Shown here: positions 17,497 to 27,103 of the stretch, piece by piece
Layout: each line of letters begins with the position of its first letter
Numbering within the stretch: the first letter of the stretch is position 1
Source of the DNA: Staphylothermus marinus F1
GTDB lineage: Archaea; Thermoproteota; Thermoprotei_A; Sulfolobales; Desulfurococcaceae
Direction of reading: 5' to 3'
DNA length: 32,000 nucleotides
Assembly: GCF_000015945.1 (NCBI RefSeq)
Contig: NC_009033.1
Span: 1,440,001 to 1,472,000, forward strand
Position numbers and translations under genes: made by a program
Notes under the pieces: model-generated
Databases searched by the model: none
Told to the model about the DNA's origin: nothing
Seen by the model: the letters and a program-made list of their open reading frames with translations, nothing else

Positions 17497-17898
17497 TTAA
17501 CCGTATACTAGCCTATATATGATTCTCCTTGAACCTTTATATTCATAGATTATTTTTAAAAGACACCCACTCCTTTCTTTAGATATATTGAACATAAAAG
17601 TTCTTGATTCATGTGGTTTTATTATGGTGTTTAATTGATAAATTGAATTACATATTGATACATTGATTATGAATACTTTTTCATCATAATTATTCGTTAT
17701 ATTAACCATTAATGTAGACTTATTCTCTAGTATATTGTATTGAATAAATAATCCACCCCTTATAGATGAGAAGTTATTTTTTAAGCTTGGATGAAATATT
17801 CGCGGTAGAAACACGGTTAATGAAAACATTATTGTTAATAGTAGTAATGCTACGAAAGGTTTAGCTAAAACAGATTTACTACTACTTATAACGCTCAT
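17497..17898 (-). CDS. small N-terminally anchored or secreted protein
   Basis: 133 aa with an N-terminal hydrophobic helix (KPFVALLLLTIMFSLTVFL), then a beta-rich domain with N-x-S/T sequons. Confidence 0.5.
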   Translation of the reverse strand: MSVISSSKSVLAKPFVALLLLTIMFSLTVFLPRIFHPSLKNNFSSIRGGLFIQYNILENKSTLMVNITNNYDEKVFIINVSICNSIYQLNTIIKPHESRTFMFNISKERSGCLLKIIYEYKGSRRIIYRLVYG

Positions 17899-17938
17899 AC
17901 ATTACCCTAATATATGTATGGAGACTATAAAAAGTGTG

Positions 17939-18553
17939 TTAGAAGATGGCGAATTGTAGAGTAATATATAGTCCTATCGAGAAAATAAACGATATAATCC
18001 ACAATAATGGTTTCCAAGAAATAATCTTTGATCCATCTAGTGGAGGGATAGGTAATAGGTTAAAGAATGCAACCCAAGAATTAAGTATTGCTGTCCAATA
18101 TGCGAGACTAAGTATTATTGAGGTACATAACATGGTTTTTAAGCAAACCACAACGATGAAGAAGGATATTGTTGCGAACAATATATTAGTTATTGGTCCA
18201 GCCAGTGATACTACTCCATTAATCCTCTTATTCTCCACTGGATCATAGTAGTGGCTTATAACGAGAGTATATCCAGGCATAATTATTTTGAATGGTATAA
18301 TTGGTATAGCTGTTATAAGTGTTAATAATAACCCGGTAGGATCTAGGACATACCTGCTATAACAACCCATTCTCCGAGCACTCCATCTATGAGCTAGTTC
18401 GTGGGGAACCATAGCTATTATTGCCCCGATAGAAATGATCAAGAAAACAATGTATTCATGTGATAACAAGTAGCCTAATCCGAATACTAGGGATACAACA
18501 ATAGATGCTATAATCAAAGATAATGCTTCGTTAAGCTTAATTATAGACGACAC
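17939..18553 (-). CDS. site-2-protease-like intramembrane zinc metalloprotease (peptidase M50 family)
   Basis: HExxH in a TM helix (VPHELAHRW) plus the second signature FNLLPIPPLDGSKI. Polytopic. Confidence 0.85.
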   Translation of the reverse strand: MSSIIKLNEALSLIIASIVVSLVFGLGYLLSHEYIVFLIISIGAIIAMVPHELAHRWSARRMGCYSRYVLDPTGLLLTLITAIPIIPFKIIMPGYTLVISHYYDPVENKRINGVVSLAGPITNILFATISFFIVVVCLKTMLCTSIILSLAYWTAILNSWVAFFNLLPIPPLDGSKIISWKPLLWIISFIFSIGLYITLQFAIF

Positions 18554-18618
18554 TTCTATCCACCATTCATTCTAGAGCTATCTATATAATTACTTAGAAT
18601 AATATGTTTAATAACTGA

Positions 18619-18628
18619 TTATATAAAA
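18619..18628 (+). promoter_or_regulatory. TATA-like box for the NMNAT gene
   Basis: TTATATAAAA lies about 25-30 nt upstream of ATG 18653, consistent with a leaderless transcript. Confidence 0.3.
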
Positions 18629-18652
18629 CTCCATGGGTAGGCGGTGCTTTTA

Positions 18653-19207
18653 ATGGTCGGTGTTGATGATAGATGCATGATGATAGCTAGGTTCCAGCCC
18701 CTCCACTATGGACATTTCAATGTGATCAAGTATTGTTATGAAAAATTCAAAGAGGTAATTATAATAGTTGGTATGGCTAGTCAGAGCCACACACCAGAGA
18801 ACCCGTTTACAGCTGGTGAAAGAATAGAGATGATCCGAGAAACAATTAAGTGGGCAAAACTACCCCTAGATAAACTAATAACTGTGACTCTCCCAACTCT
18901 AGAAGTTAGTAGAGCAGCTGTTCATTATGTGAAACTATATAGTCCACCATTCAAATACGTTGTAACATTGAATCCTATTATTCAAAGAATATTCATTGAG
19001 GAAGGCTACCACGTTATACAGCCACCAATAGTTGAGAGAGGAAACTATAGAGGAACAGTTATTAGAAAACTAATAGCGAATGGTAGTGATGAATGGAAAA
19101 AGCTTGTTCCACCACCTGTTGCTGAAATTATTGAGAGAATAGATGGTATTAATAGGATAAGAATGCTTTACAAAGAGAAACTGCCAGGATACTATGTTAC
19201 GGTTTAA
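18653..19207 (+). CDS. nicotinamide-nucleotide adenylyltransferase, archaeal type
   Basis: IARFQPLHYGH matches the (G)RFQPxHxGH signature of archaeal NMNAT. The start is uncertain: track GTG 18644, ATG 18653 or ATG 18674. Confidence 0.85.
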   Translation: MVGVDDRCMMIARFQPLHYGHFNVIKYCYEKFKEVIIIVGMASQSHTPENPFTAGERIEMIRETIKWAKLPLDKLITVTLPTLEVSRAAVHYVKLYSPPFKYVVTLNPIIQRIFIEEGYHVIQPPIVERGNYRGTVIRKLIANGSDEWKKLVPPPVAEIIERIDGINRIRMLYKEKLPGYYVTV

Positions 19208-19898
19208 AAATATTAACGCACCTAGTGGAGGAGCCGGTGTGTATAAGAGGTTTAAGTGTATTTTATGCGGCGATTGCTGCAGAGCTTCTCCAATATCTCT
19301 ACTACCATATGAGGAAACTATTCTTAGACTACTAGCTGGAAAACTAGGATTACCGTATAAGAGCAGGATCGGCTATAAAGTATATGATGCTCGTCGTAGA
19401 GTAAATATTGTTTTAAGCTATGCTATGGAATTAATCGATGGTAAGTGCCCTTTTCTCACTAAGAGGAATCTATGCTTAATAAACAATATCTATAAACCAT
19501 TGATTTGTAGAAGCTATCCTTATGTTCCAAAACAAGTAAGATACACTATAAGTACTGATTATAAAATAATATTTGCAATTGCCGATTATAGTTTAAGCGT
19601 TAAATGCCCAGTTATAGAGAATGATAAAGAATACATTAGTAGTTTGATGCAGAACACGATTAATTGGCCACAAATATATTTGCCAAACGAATACAAGGCT
19701 GCTAGAGAAATGGAGGAGAAACGTAATTTACTTCTTAAACTGTTATCCGATTTATGGAGGAAAGGAATAGTTGATTTAAAAGATGAAAAACCTAATGCTT
19801 CGGTAATTAACTTATATGATTTGCTGAGAATTTATTATCCAAACCTACCCTATATATTGGAAATCGATAAAATATATAAAAAGATGAAAAACCTCTAG
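19194..19898 (+). CDS. YkgJ-like CxxCxxCC zinc/iron-chelating domain protein
   Basis: KCILCGDCCR motif near the N-terminus, with downstream CPFL and C..YP elements typical of the family. Overlaps the NMNAT 3' end by 14 nt. Confidence 0.7.
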   Translation: MLRFKNINAPSGGAGVYKRFKCILCGDCCRASPISLLPYEETILRLLAGKLGLPYKSRIGYKVYDARRRVNIVLSYAMELIDGKCPFLTKRNLCLINNIYKPLICRSYPYVPKQVRYTISTDYKIIFAIADYSLSVKCPVIENDKEYISSLMQNTINWPQIYLPNEYKAAREMEEKRNLLLKLLSDLWRKGIVDLKDEKPNASVINLYDLLRIYYPNLPYILEIDKIYKKMKNL

Positions 19899-19918
19899 TA
19901 ATTGAGGGATGTAGTTTA

Positions 19919-20830
19919 TTGATTAGCGAAGAAACAATTATTAAGTTATTGATAATTGATAAGCTTATTCATAGACAAGAATATGTGTTGAGAGAATTAG
20001 CTTGGGAAATAGGTGTACAGCCCGATCTCTTGGAGAGAATAGCTGATGATATGAGTAAGAATTACTTGTTAAATATTGAGAAAGGCAAAATTATATGGAA
20101 TCCAGCAGATAATCCCAGCACATTGAAGCCTTGGGGATGGCTTCTCATACATAAACCATTGCTTGGCTCAACACAGGAGGCTGCTAAGGGGGCTAGTCCT
20201 TGGAGTGTTATTGTTGCGGAGTATATGTTGGCGGGTAGGGGTAGGCATGGGAAGAAATGGTATAGTAATCTAGGGGGTTTATGGGCTACGTTCAAAATAT
20301 TAACTAATGCACAGACAGCTAGTATGGCACCTATAATTATACCTATTATTCTGGTCAGAATATTTAGGAAAAGCTATGATGTAGAGGCTAGCATTAAGTG
20401 GCCTAATGATATAATTATTGATAATAAGAAAATTGCGGGCATACTCATAGAGGGAGAAGCATTCAGGGATCAAATATTATTATATGTAGGTATAGGAGTA
20501 AACATTAACAATGATCCACCTCTCCCAGACACTATATCTTTGAAAAATATATTGAATAAACTAACACCTAGAAACAGGTTTTTATCATTATTAATTGGAT
20601 GGATGAGCAGGATGGAAAAATTATCTCTAGAGCCAGAGAAAATAAGGGAAAACTATATGGAATACCTTGAAACACTAAATAGAAAAGTTCTAGTTAAAAC
20701 TCTTCAAGGAGAACTAATTGGTAAAGCAGTAGATGTTAGAGATACTGGTGAATTAATCGTTGAGGTTGGGAGGGGGGAGAAAAAAGTTCTTGATCCAACT
20801 CTTACATTTGAGCTTAGACATATTGACTAA
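19919..20830 (+). CDS. birA: biotin--protein ligase with an N-terminal wHTH (BirA-like)
   Basis: GRGRHGKKW (the GRGRxGRxW biotin-binding loop) and KWPNDIIIDNKKIAGILIE. N-terminal helix-turn-helix-like segment. TTG start. Confidence 0.85.
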   Translation: MISEETIIKLLIIDKLIHRQEYVLRELAWEIGVQPDLLERIADDMSKNYLLNIEKGKIIWNPADNPSTLKPWGWLLIHKPLLGSTQEAAKGASPWSVIVAEYMLAGRGRHGKKWYSNLGGLWATFKILTNAQTASMAPIIIPIILVRIFRKSYDVEASIKWPNDIIIDNKKIAGILIEGEAFRDQILLYVGIGVNINNDPPLPDTISLKNILNKLTPRNRFLSLLIGWMSRMEKLSLEPEKIRENYMEYLETLNRKVLVKTLQGELIGKAVDVRDTGELIVEVGRGEKKVLDPTLTFELRHID

Positions 20831-20832
20831 TA

Positions 20833-22221
20833 TTATTTACTAGCAATTCTCGCTTTCTCAACAATTATTTGCGGTGCATAAATGTTTTCTACCCTATAAG
20901 TCTCCTTGCTGACGCTGACTAATTGTTTTCCCAGCCAATCATAAATGTTTCCGCCAATAACCAGTCCCTTAACTGGATACTTTACTTCACCGTTTTCAAC
21001 GTAGAATCCATGAGTAATTGTTGCTTGAACAGCTCCATTCACATAATTAGACATCCAATACCCGATCATTCCATGAATTATTATTCCTCTCCCAACATCT
21101 CCCAGCATATCATTTATATTAGTAGCGTTTTTCTCAGCTTTCAACACAAAGTTTGTTGGAGATGGCGAGGGCGGTGATGATGGTTGTCTACGGAAACCAT
21201 TACCGGTAGATTGTTTGTTTTCTTTTCTAGCAGTATAGTAGTCATATAAGTATCCTGTCAGCACACCTTTATCGACAAGAGTTTTTGTCCTAGTAGGTAT
21301 TCCTTCATCATCAAAGCTTCTTGTACCTATTCCCCAATTTATTCCTGGCTCATCTGTAATTGTTATGTTTTCTGCCAATACTTGTTTCTCTAACTTATTC
21401 TTTAATGGGCTACGGTTTTGTTGAATGTTCTGTGCTGAAAACGCTGGGATCAAAGCTGAGGATAAGAATAATGCTGTCATATATGGATCTATTACTACAG
21501 TGTATTCTCCGCTTGGAACAGTTTTTGCCCCGATAAATTTAACTGAGAACTCGCCTGCTCTTCTAGATTGCTCCAATATTTCATCGATATTTATTTTCCT
21601 ACTGCTAAAATATGCGTTAAAACTGGATTCTTCACCGGCTTTTCGAGACTTGACAGTATAGATTAGTGATGCTATGGTGAATTCTTCATATATGTTTTCA
21701 CCATAAGTATTTGCAACATATACTCCTCCAAGCCCTACTCTGAAGCTTCCCCTAGTAATTATTGATTCTTCAGCTCCACATTTTCTAGCAATATCGTTTG
21801 ATTCATTGAAGGCTTGGATCATTATATCTATTGCTTCCTCAGGAGTGATCTTAGCGGTTTTCTCATCGTAGACGTCGCCCATAACCCCCCTACTATAACC
21901 TGTTGCAAAACCTGGCCAATACTTGTCTTCAGGCGATGCTTTTATCATGGATAATAATTGATCAGCTAGCTTAGAGGGATCAGCTTCTAAATCTTCTGAA
22001 GCAATCCCTGCAACTCTTCTCTGAATAGCTCCTCTAACACCATAGTTTACAACATACCTGGTAGTAGCTGTTTTCACATTATCTCGTGATACATTTATTA
22101 ACATGTTCTTTGTCCATACACCATAGAACTCTGCTTCTTCAACTCCTCTCTTCAATAGCTCGTTGAATATCTTATCTGATAATTCAAGCATGTATTCACG
22201 CATATCAGCCACCTCCACCAA
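20833..22221 (-). CDS. pmbA: PmbA/TldE-family protein, partner of the TldD metalloprotease
   Basis: Size and overall pattern fit the PmbA_TldD family, and it lacks HExxxH. It overlaps the tldD stop by 17 nt, consistent with an operon. Confidence 0.75.
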   Translation of the reverse strand: MVEVADMREYMLELSDKIFNELLKRGVEEAEFYGVWTKNMLINVSRDNVKTATTRYVVNYGVRGAIQRRVAGIASEDLEADPSKLADQLLSMIKASPEDKYWPGFATGYSRGVMGDVYDEKTAKITPEEAIDIMIQAFNESNDIARKCGAEESIITRGSFRVGLGGVYVANTYGENIYEEFTIASLIYTVKSRKAGEESSFNAYFSSRKINIDEILEQSRRAGEFSVKFIGAKTVPSGEYTVVIDPYMTALFLSSALIPAFSAQNIQQNRSPLKNKLEKQVLAENITITDEPGINWGIGTRSFDDEGIPTRTKTLVDKGVLTGYLYDYYTARKENKQSTGNGFRRQPSSPPSPSPTNFVLKAEKNATNINDMLGDVGRGIIIHGMIGYWMSNYVNGAVQATITHGFYVENGEVKYPVKGLVIGGNIYDWLGKQLVSVSKETYRVENIYAPQIIVEKARIASK

Positions 22222-23611
22222 TTGTTATTTCACGTACACGAACATGTGGTCCACCATCACCTACACGTGCTAATTGCCCAGCTTTACCGCATCCGCCGAA
22301 AACACTTGTTCTAACAACCAAATCGTTTGCGACAGCATCAACATTCTTCAACGTCTCCAAGATAAAGCCTGAAAGCATTACTCCGCGAACAAGTTTTGTT
22401 GGTTCACCATTTTCTATTAAATAGCTTGGGCCAGCTGTGAAAGTAAATGTACCCATTGCCGGATCTACTTCTCCACCCATAGCGCCTTTACCTCTAACAT
22501 ATATTCCCTTCCTCGTATCCTTGAATAGTTCATCTACTTTCCAATCGCCGGGCTCCATATATGTGTTCGTCTGCCTTACAAGGTGTGGGTGGGCATAAGT
22601 CATAGCTCGAGCATTACCGGTTGGTTCTTCACCTAGTTTTTCAGCTGTGGATAAGCTGTGGAGAAATGTTTTCAATACTCCTTTCTCAACTGTTTTAACT
22701 TTCTTCTTAGCTGTTCCTTCATCATCGTATGGAACATAGTATCCTCCAGCTATTCTGCCATCATCCACTATTGTTACATACTCACTAGCAACTTTCTCAC
22801 CTATTCTATTCTCCAACACGCTTCCACCAGATTCAACAATATCACCCTCCGTTGCATGCCCAAATGCTTCATGTAGCATTAACCCTACAATCTCATTGTC
22901 CAGGATAGCGACATATTTACCTGGTTTAACAACGGGAGCTTTAGCGGCTTCTACAACAAGTTTAGCATTTTCTGATGCAAACTCCTCAATATTCATGTTC
23001 TTAATAAATTCCCATCCAGCAACATTTGATCTAGAATCCCATAATCTCTCACTAACTCCTTCAACCATTGATACAATAAATGCACCCACACCTATTAATC
23101 GAGTGGTAACATCTACGTAGTCTCCATTACTTGAAGCAATAATTCTATGATCAACCTCGTATCCATATCTAGGAATAACACTAACAACTCCCCTAACATT
23201 TTTACTAATATCATATATACTTTTCAAAACCTCAATCTTCTCGACTGGATCTATTTCTAAAGCATCAACAGCATAATGACTAATTATCTTATCCTTATAA
23301 CTAGGCCTACTATATAGCTTGGTTTTAGAACCATGCAGACTCAACGCTTTAGCGTTTTTAACAGCTTCCACAACAGTTTTCTTGATCTCCTCCCAATCAA
23401 AAACATTCGTAGCAGCATACCCCATAAACCCATCAACAATAACTCTAACACCAACACCCCGCAACCTATTAACACTATACTCTCGTAAAACACCATTATC
23501 TAAAGTAATAAGCTCATATACTTTCTCATGAACCCTAACATCAACATACTCAGCACCAAGCTCCTCACCATACCTTATTAACCGGGCAAGATCTAGGCTG
23601 GATAAATTCAT
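22205..23611 (-). CDS. tldD: TldD-family zinc metalloprotease
   Basis: HEAFGHATEGD (HExxxH) and a C-terminal GGCGK motif. 468 aa. Confidence 0.85.
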   Translation of the reverse strand: MNLSSLDLARLIRYGEELGAEYVDVRVHEKVYELITLDNGVLREYSVNRLRGVGVRVIVDGFMGYAATNVFDWEEIKKTVVEAVKNAKALSLHGSKTKLYSRPSYKDKIISHYAVDALEIDPVEKIEVLKSIYDISKNVRGVVSVIPRYGYEVDHRIIASSNGDYVDVTTRLIGVGAFIVSMVEGVSERLWDSRSNVAGWEFIKNMNIEEFASENAKLVVEAAKAPVVKPGKYVAILDNEIVGLMLHEAFGHATEGDIVESGGSVLENRIGEKVASEYVTIVDDGRIAGGYYVPYDDEGTAKKKVKTVEKGVLKTFLHSLSTAEKLGEEPTGNARAMTYAHPHLVRQTNTYMEPGDWKVDELFKDTRKGIYVRGKGAMGGEVDPAMGTFTFTAGPSYLIENGEPTKLVRGVMLSGFILETLKNVDAVANDLVVRTSVFGGCGKAGQLARVGDGGPHVRVREITIGGGG

Positions 23612-23787
23612 ACCACATCATCTACTAGCACATATTCATTTAAACCATATAGAAATATGCAAGTTAAATGCTTTTCAAAAACCCATAACCCATTAATAAA
23701 CGAGAAGATAAAACAAGCAATTATAGAGGGGGCCCTCGCAAACTATAGATAAATAAGCACTAAATCAGAGACTTTATTTTACTCAAA

Positions 23788-23804
23788 CTAAAATAATATA
23801 TATG
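23788..23804 (+). promoter_or_regulatory. TATA-like box for the solo pilin gene
   Basis: CTAAAATAATATATATG is centred about 36 nt upstream of ATG 23833. Confidence 0.3.
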
Positions 23805-23832
23805 AAAAACCGGGTTCTGGTTGTGATCGTAT

Positions 23833-24282
23833 ATGAAGGCTATTTCACCCGTTATTGCTACTGTTATTATTGTTGCTGTTGCTATTGCTATTAGTATTGC
23901 TGTAGCATTATGGATAACAGGATTAACATCTAGTTTTACAGGTGTTGAGAAATTAGAGGTGGTAAATGCTTATGCTGAATTAGATACTGCTAATAATCAG
24001 TGGATTGTGCATTTACATGTTAAGAATACTGGGACAAAGGCTGCTACAATAGACGATATATTCATTAATAGCAAACCTTACTCAAGCTATAATACTGCCA
24101 CCAGTACCTATGTTACACTATCGGAAACATTACCTAAAACCCTAAATCCCGGAGAAGAATTAACAGATTTACAAATAACTATTAGTACGAATACCCCCGG
24201 TTTTGCTAGCGGCCAGACAGTTAGCATAGTTATTCATACTGCTAGTGGTGGACAATACCCAGCAACAGTAACATTACCTTAA
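23833..24282 (+). CDS. archaeal type IV pilin (class III signal peptide, Pilin_N/DUF1628-like N-terminus)
   Basis: MKA|ISPVIATVIIVAVAIAISIAVALW is a near-consensus archaeal pilin N-terminal domain (K-G/A then SPVIATVLLI). The remainder is a beta-rich Thr/Asn-rich globular domain. Confidence 0.8.
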   Translation: MKAISPVIATVIIVAVAIAISIAVALWITGLTSSFTGVEKLEVVNAYAELDTANNQWIVHLHVKNTGTKAATIDDIFINSKPYSSYNTATSTYVTLSETLPKTLNPGEELTDLQITISTNTPGFASGQTVSIVIHTASGGQYPATVTLP

Positions 24283-24283
24283 A

Positions 24284-24310
24284 ACAAATATTTTTTCAAA
24301 CATTATTTGT
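24284..24310 (+). terminator. hairpin plus T6 terminator after the pilin gene
   Basis: ACAAATA (24284-24290) pairs with TATTTGT (24304-24310). T6 at 24291-24296, directly after the stop codon. Confidence 0.35.
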
Positions 24311-24518
24311 CGGAGATAAACGTTTTAATTCTGCCCTCTATTAGAGCTAAACCTACATAATTGTATTCCTTAGATAGTTTTAGGGGATCGTTGGTGTATA
24401 GTGTTTTCTGTTTACCGGATGATCTCGGCTTTATATCTTGTCGTAATTAGTATTAGTTATTAAGTTATTAGCTAATCCTAATATTCAGTTGTATATAATA
24501 TATTATGTGGTGTAGGAG

Positions 24519-24752
24519 ATGGTTGAGGAGAAGATATGTAGTGTTGAGGGTTGTGGTCGGGGGGCTGTTAGGGAGATTAGTTATTTGGATGCTAAGGTTC
24601 TAGAGGAGAAGGCTGGGTTGAAGCTTAAGGTTTATCATGCTCATCCTCCTAGGAGACCTGGTGTTGTGTATTTGTGTGAGGAACACTATAAGTTGTGGAA
24701 AAAGCTTAGTAGGGAGGAGAGGAAGATCAGGGAATTATCTATGAAGGGCTAG
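24519..24752 (+). CDS. small C2CH zinc-binding protein with a basic C-terminal helix
   Basis: 77 aa with C7-x4-C12-x40-C53-x2-H56 (KICSVEGCGR ... YLCEEHYKLW) and a tail KKLSREERKIRE. It ends 9 nt before the helicase ORF. Confidence 0.6.
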   Translation: MVEEKICSVEGCGRGAVREISYLDAKVLEEKAGLKLKVYHAHPPRRPGVVYLCEEHYKLWKKLSREERKIRELSMKG

Positions 24753-24761
24753 ATAATATTT

Positions 24762-27068
24762 TTGGGTAAGTTGTCAATGATTATTAGGGATCAATTGATC
24801 CTAAGCATAGACAATGATCTCCGGGATCTTATAAAGGCTAGAGATATAGGTGTTATCTATGTTTATCGTGAAGAAACAGGTGAGCCAGAGCCTGGTCCTA
24901 GTATTGAGGACATAGATTTACCTGAGCCATTACTTGAAGCTTTGAAGAAGAGGGGGATTAGGAGGCTTTATCGTTTCCAATACGATGCATATAAGAGTAT
25001 ATTGAATGGCGAAAACGTTGTTATAACAGCTGGTACGGGAACAGGCAAGACGGAGGCATTCCTGCTCCCAATCCTATCAAAAATATATGAGAAGAGAACT
25101 CCTAATCCGCAAGCAATGCTTGTATATCCGACAAAAGCTTTGGCAAGGGACCAGCTTCAAAGAATAAATGATTATCTAGGCTACGGTGTTTTCTCTGCAG
25201 CAGTATATGATGGTGATACTCCGCGTAGAATTAGGCAGAAAATATCTGCTAATCCACCCGATATAGTAGTTACTAATCCAGACATGATACATGTAGGCCT
25301 TGTTCTCAGCCCTACTATTAGGAGATTCGTTAAAGCTTCCCAGTTCATGGTTATAGATGAGCTACACGTATACGAAGGCGTTTTTGGATCAAATGTTAAA
25401 TGTGTTTTCGAAAGAATCAATAAGTATCGGAGAAATAATCCACCACAATATATTGGTTCATCTGCAACAATTGGTAATCCAAGAGAACATGCTGAAACAT
25501 TGTTTGGTGTCCCAGTAAAGGTTATTGAGGGACCGTTGAGAAGGAGGGGGATAGCTTATCATGTCCTTGTATCAGCTGGCAAGCTTAGTAGGTGGACGGT
25601 TACTGCGGCGTTAGCTTCTGTTCTTGCTCGTCGAGGACTTAGATTCATAGTATTTGTTGATAGTCAGCAAATGGCTGAATTAATAGCTAGGATTGCTTGG
25701 AGAAGCTATGGTGTAGATATAATGGTTCATAGAGCTGGTTTACCGGCTGATGAGAGGAAAATGATTGAGTCAAAGCTTAGAGCCGGAGAGATCAGTGGTG
25801 TCGCCGCTACACCAACGCTTGAACTAGGAATAGATATTGGGTTCCTCGATGCAGTAATTATGGCTGCTCCACCCCCTAGCTTCGCAAAATATTTGCAGAG
25901 AGCTGGTAGAGCTGGGCGTAGAGGTAGGAAAGGATATGTTTTCACAGTTTTAGCAGATGATCCTATTGATGCATACTATGAGCGGAATCCTAAGAGGTAT
26001 TTTGAACAAGAAATCCCGCCACTATACATGGATCCTGAGAACGAAGAGGTTTTAAGGATTCATTTATTGGCTCTCCTATTAGAGCAGGGGAGGATTAGAA
26101 GAGACGAGTTGAAGAGGGCTTGGCTACGTGTTGCTGAGAGGCTTAGATATGAGAGACTAGTTGCTTGGGTTGGACCATATATTTATCCAAACTATAGGTT
26201 GGCGAGAAAAATTTTCATGGAATATATGAGTATTAGAGGTAGTGGTCCACAGGTTGTTATATATGATGTTGATGAGAAAAACATTGTAGGTTATAGAGAG
26301 CTTCCACAAGCAGTTCTCGACCTACATCCTGACGCGGTGTATTTGCTTAATAGAAGAGTATATAAGTCTATAGAAATCGATGTTGATAAGAAGATTGCAC
26401 GAGTTAAGAGATTACCAGATGATACACCATACTATACTAGGCCACTCTATACTGTTGATTTGGTTGATTACAGTATATTAGCTTCTAGAACAAGTAGTAG
26501 AGGCATACCATTAGCTTATGCATGGGTAAAGCTCAGCATAAATGTTGAAGGATACATTGTTAGAAATTATTGGGAAACAGAAAAAGCCGGTATAAAGTAC
26601 TGGTTTGATCACCCTATAACATATACTTATAATACAAAAGCACTACTATTAAAATATCCAGAGAATCCCGAATGGGATTATATGAGCAATGCCGAAGCTT
26701 TTCACGCAATAGAACACGCATTAATCTCTGCTGCCAGACCAGTATGTGGAGCAGCATTAGGTGAAATGGGGGGAATAAGTTATCCAAGCGGAGACATAGT
26801 AATATATGATGGAGCACCAGGAGGATCAGGCTTAGCCAAACTATTGTTCGAAAGATTTGAAAAAGCAGAAGAGATAGCTTATGAAATAGTATCAAAATGC
26901 GACTGCGAAGATGGGTGTCCAAGATGTATATATAGTCCATACTGTGGAAACAATAACCAAGTATTATCCCGTAGAAAAGCAACATATGTTCTAGGAAACA
27001 TATTGAAGAGAGGAGCAGTAAAGGTTATGGAACCCATTAAGAATAGATATGGTAAACCAATTGTCTAG
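24762..27068 (+). CDS. COG1205-type DEXH-box helicase with a C-terminal metal-binding Cys-cluster domain (DUF1998/MZB), MrfA/YprA-like
   Basis: Motif I AGTGTGKT, Ia TKALARDQ, II VIDELHVYEG, III SSATIGNP, V TPTLELGIDIG, VI QRAGRAGRRG. The C-terminus has HAIEHALISAA and CDCEDGCPRCIYSPYCGNNNQVLSRRKA. The start is TTG 24762 or ATG 24777. Confidence 0.85.
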   Translation: MGKLSMIIRDQLILSIDNDLRDLIKARDIGVIYVYREETGEPEPGPSIEDIDLPEPLLEALKKRGIRRLYRFQYDAYKSILNGENVVITAGTGTGKTEAFLLPILSKIYEKRTPNPQAMLVYPTKALARDQLQRINDYLGYGVFSAAVYDGDTPRRIRQKISANPPDIVVTNPDMIHVGLVLSPTIRRFVKASQFMVIDELHVYEGVFGSNVKCVFERINKYRRNNPPQYIGSSATIGNPREHAETLFGVPVKVIEGPLRRRGIAYHVLVSAGKLSRWTVTAALASVLARRGLRFIVFVDSQQMAELIARIAWRSYGVDIMVHRAGLPADERKMIESKLRAGEISGVAATPTLELGIDIGFLDAVIMAAPPPSFAKYLQRAGRAGRRGRKGYVFTVLADDPIDAYYERNPKRYFEQEIPPLYMDPENEEVLRIHLLALLLEQGRIRRDELKRAWLRVAERLRYERLVAWVGPYIYPNYRLARKIFMEYMSIRGSGPQVVIYDVDEKNIVGYRELPQAVLDLHPDAVYLLNRRVYKSIEIDVDKKIARVKRLPDDTPYYTRPLYTVDLVDYSILASRTSSRGIPLAYAWVKLSINVEGYIVRNYWETEKAGIKYWFDHPITYTYNTKALLLKYPENPEWDYMSNAEAFHAIEHALISAARPVCGAALGEMGGISYPSGDIVIYDGAPGGSGLAKLLFERFEKAEEIAYEIVSKCDCEDGCPRCIYSPYCGNNNQVLSRRKATYVLGNILKRGAVKVMEPIKNRYGKPIV

Positions 27069-27103
27069 ATATAGCTTAAAATCATTTATTAATAAAAAAT
27101 ATA

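Noticed and set aside
20923-23531. Five plus-strand ORFs antisense to pmbA/tldD (20923..21177, 21425..21661, 22658..22876, 22896..23120, 23319..23531)
   Set aside because: They are shadows of two genes with clear TldD/PmbA signatures.
20833-23611. TldD/PmbA as a marker of a RiPP (microcin B17-like) biosynthetic cluster
   Set aside because: No YcaO/cyclodehydratase, dehydrogenase, precursor-peptide or exporter genes are adjacent. The pair is commonly housekeeping.
24519-24752. Homology of the C-x4-C-x40-C-x2-H protein to the animal THAP zinc finger
   Set aside because: The spacing matches the THAP C2CH signature, but no other THAP hallmark is evident, and a 77-aa archaeal protein is more likely a convergent zinc ribbon. 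Only the metal-ligand pattern is reported.
25181-26985. Minus-strand ORFs 25181..25420, 25727..25945 and 26614..26985 inside the helicase gene
   Set aside because: They are antisense to an ORF carrying a complete set of SF2 helicase motifs.
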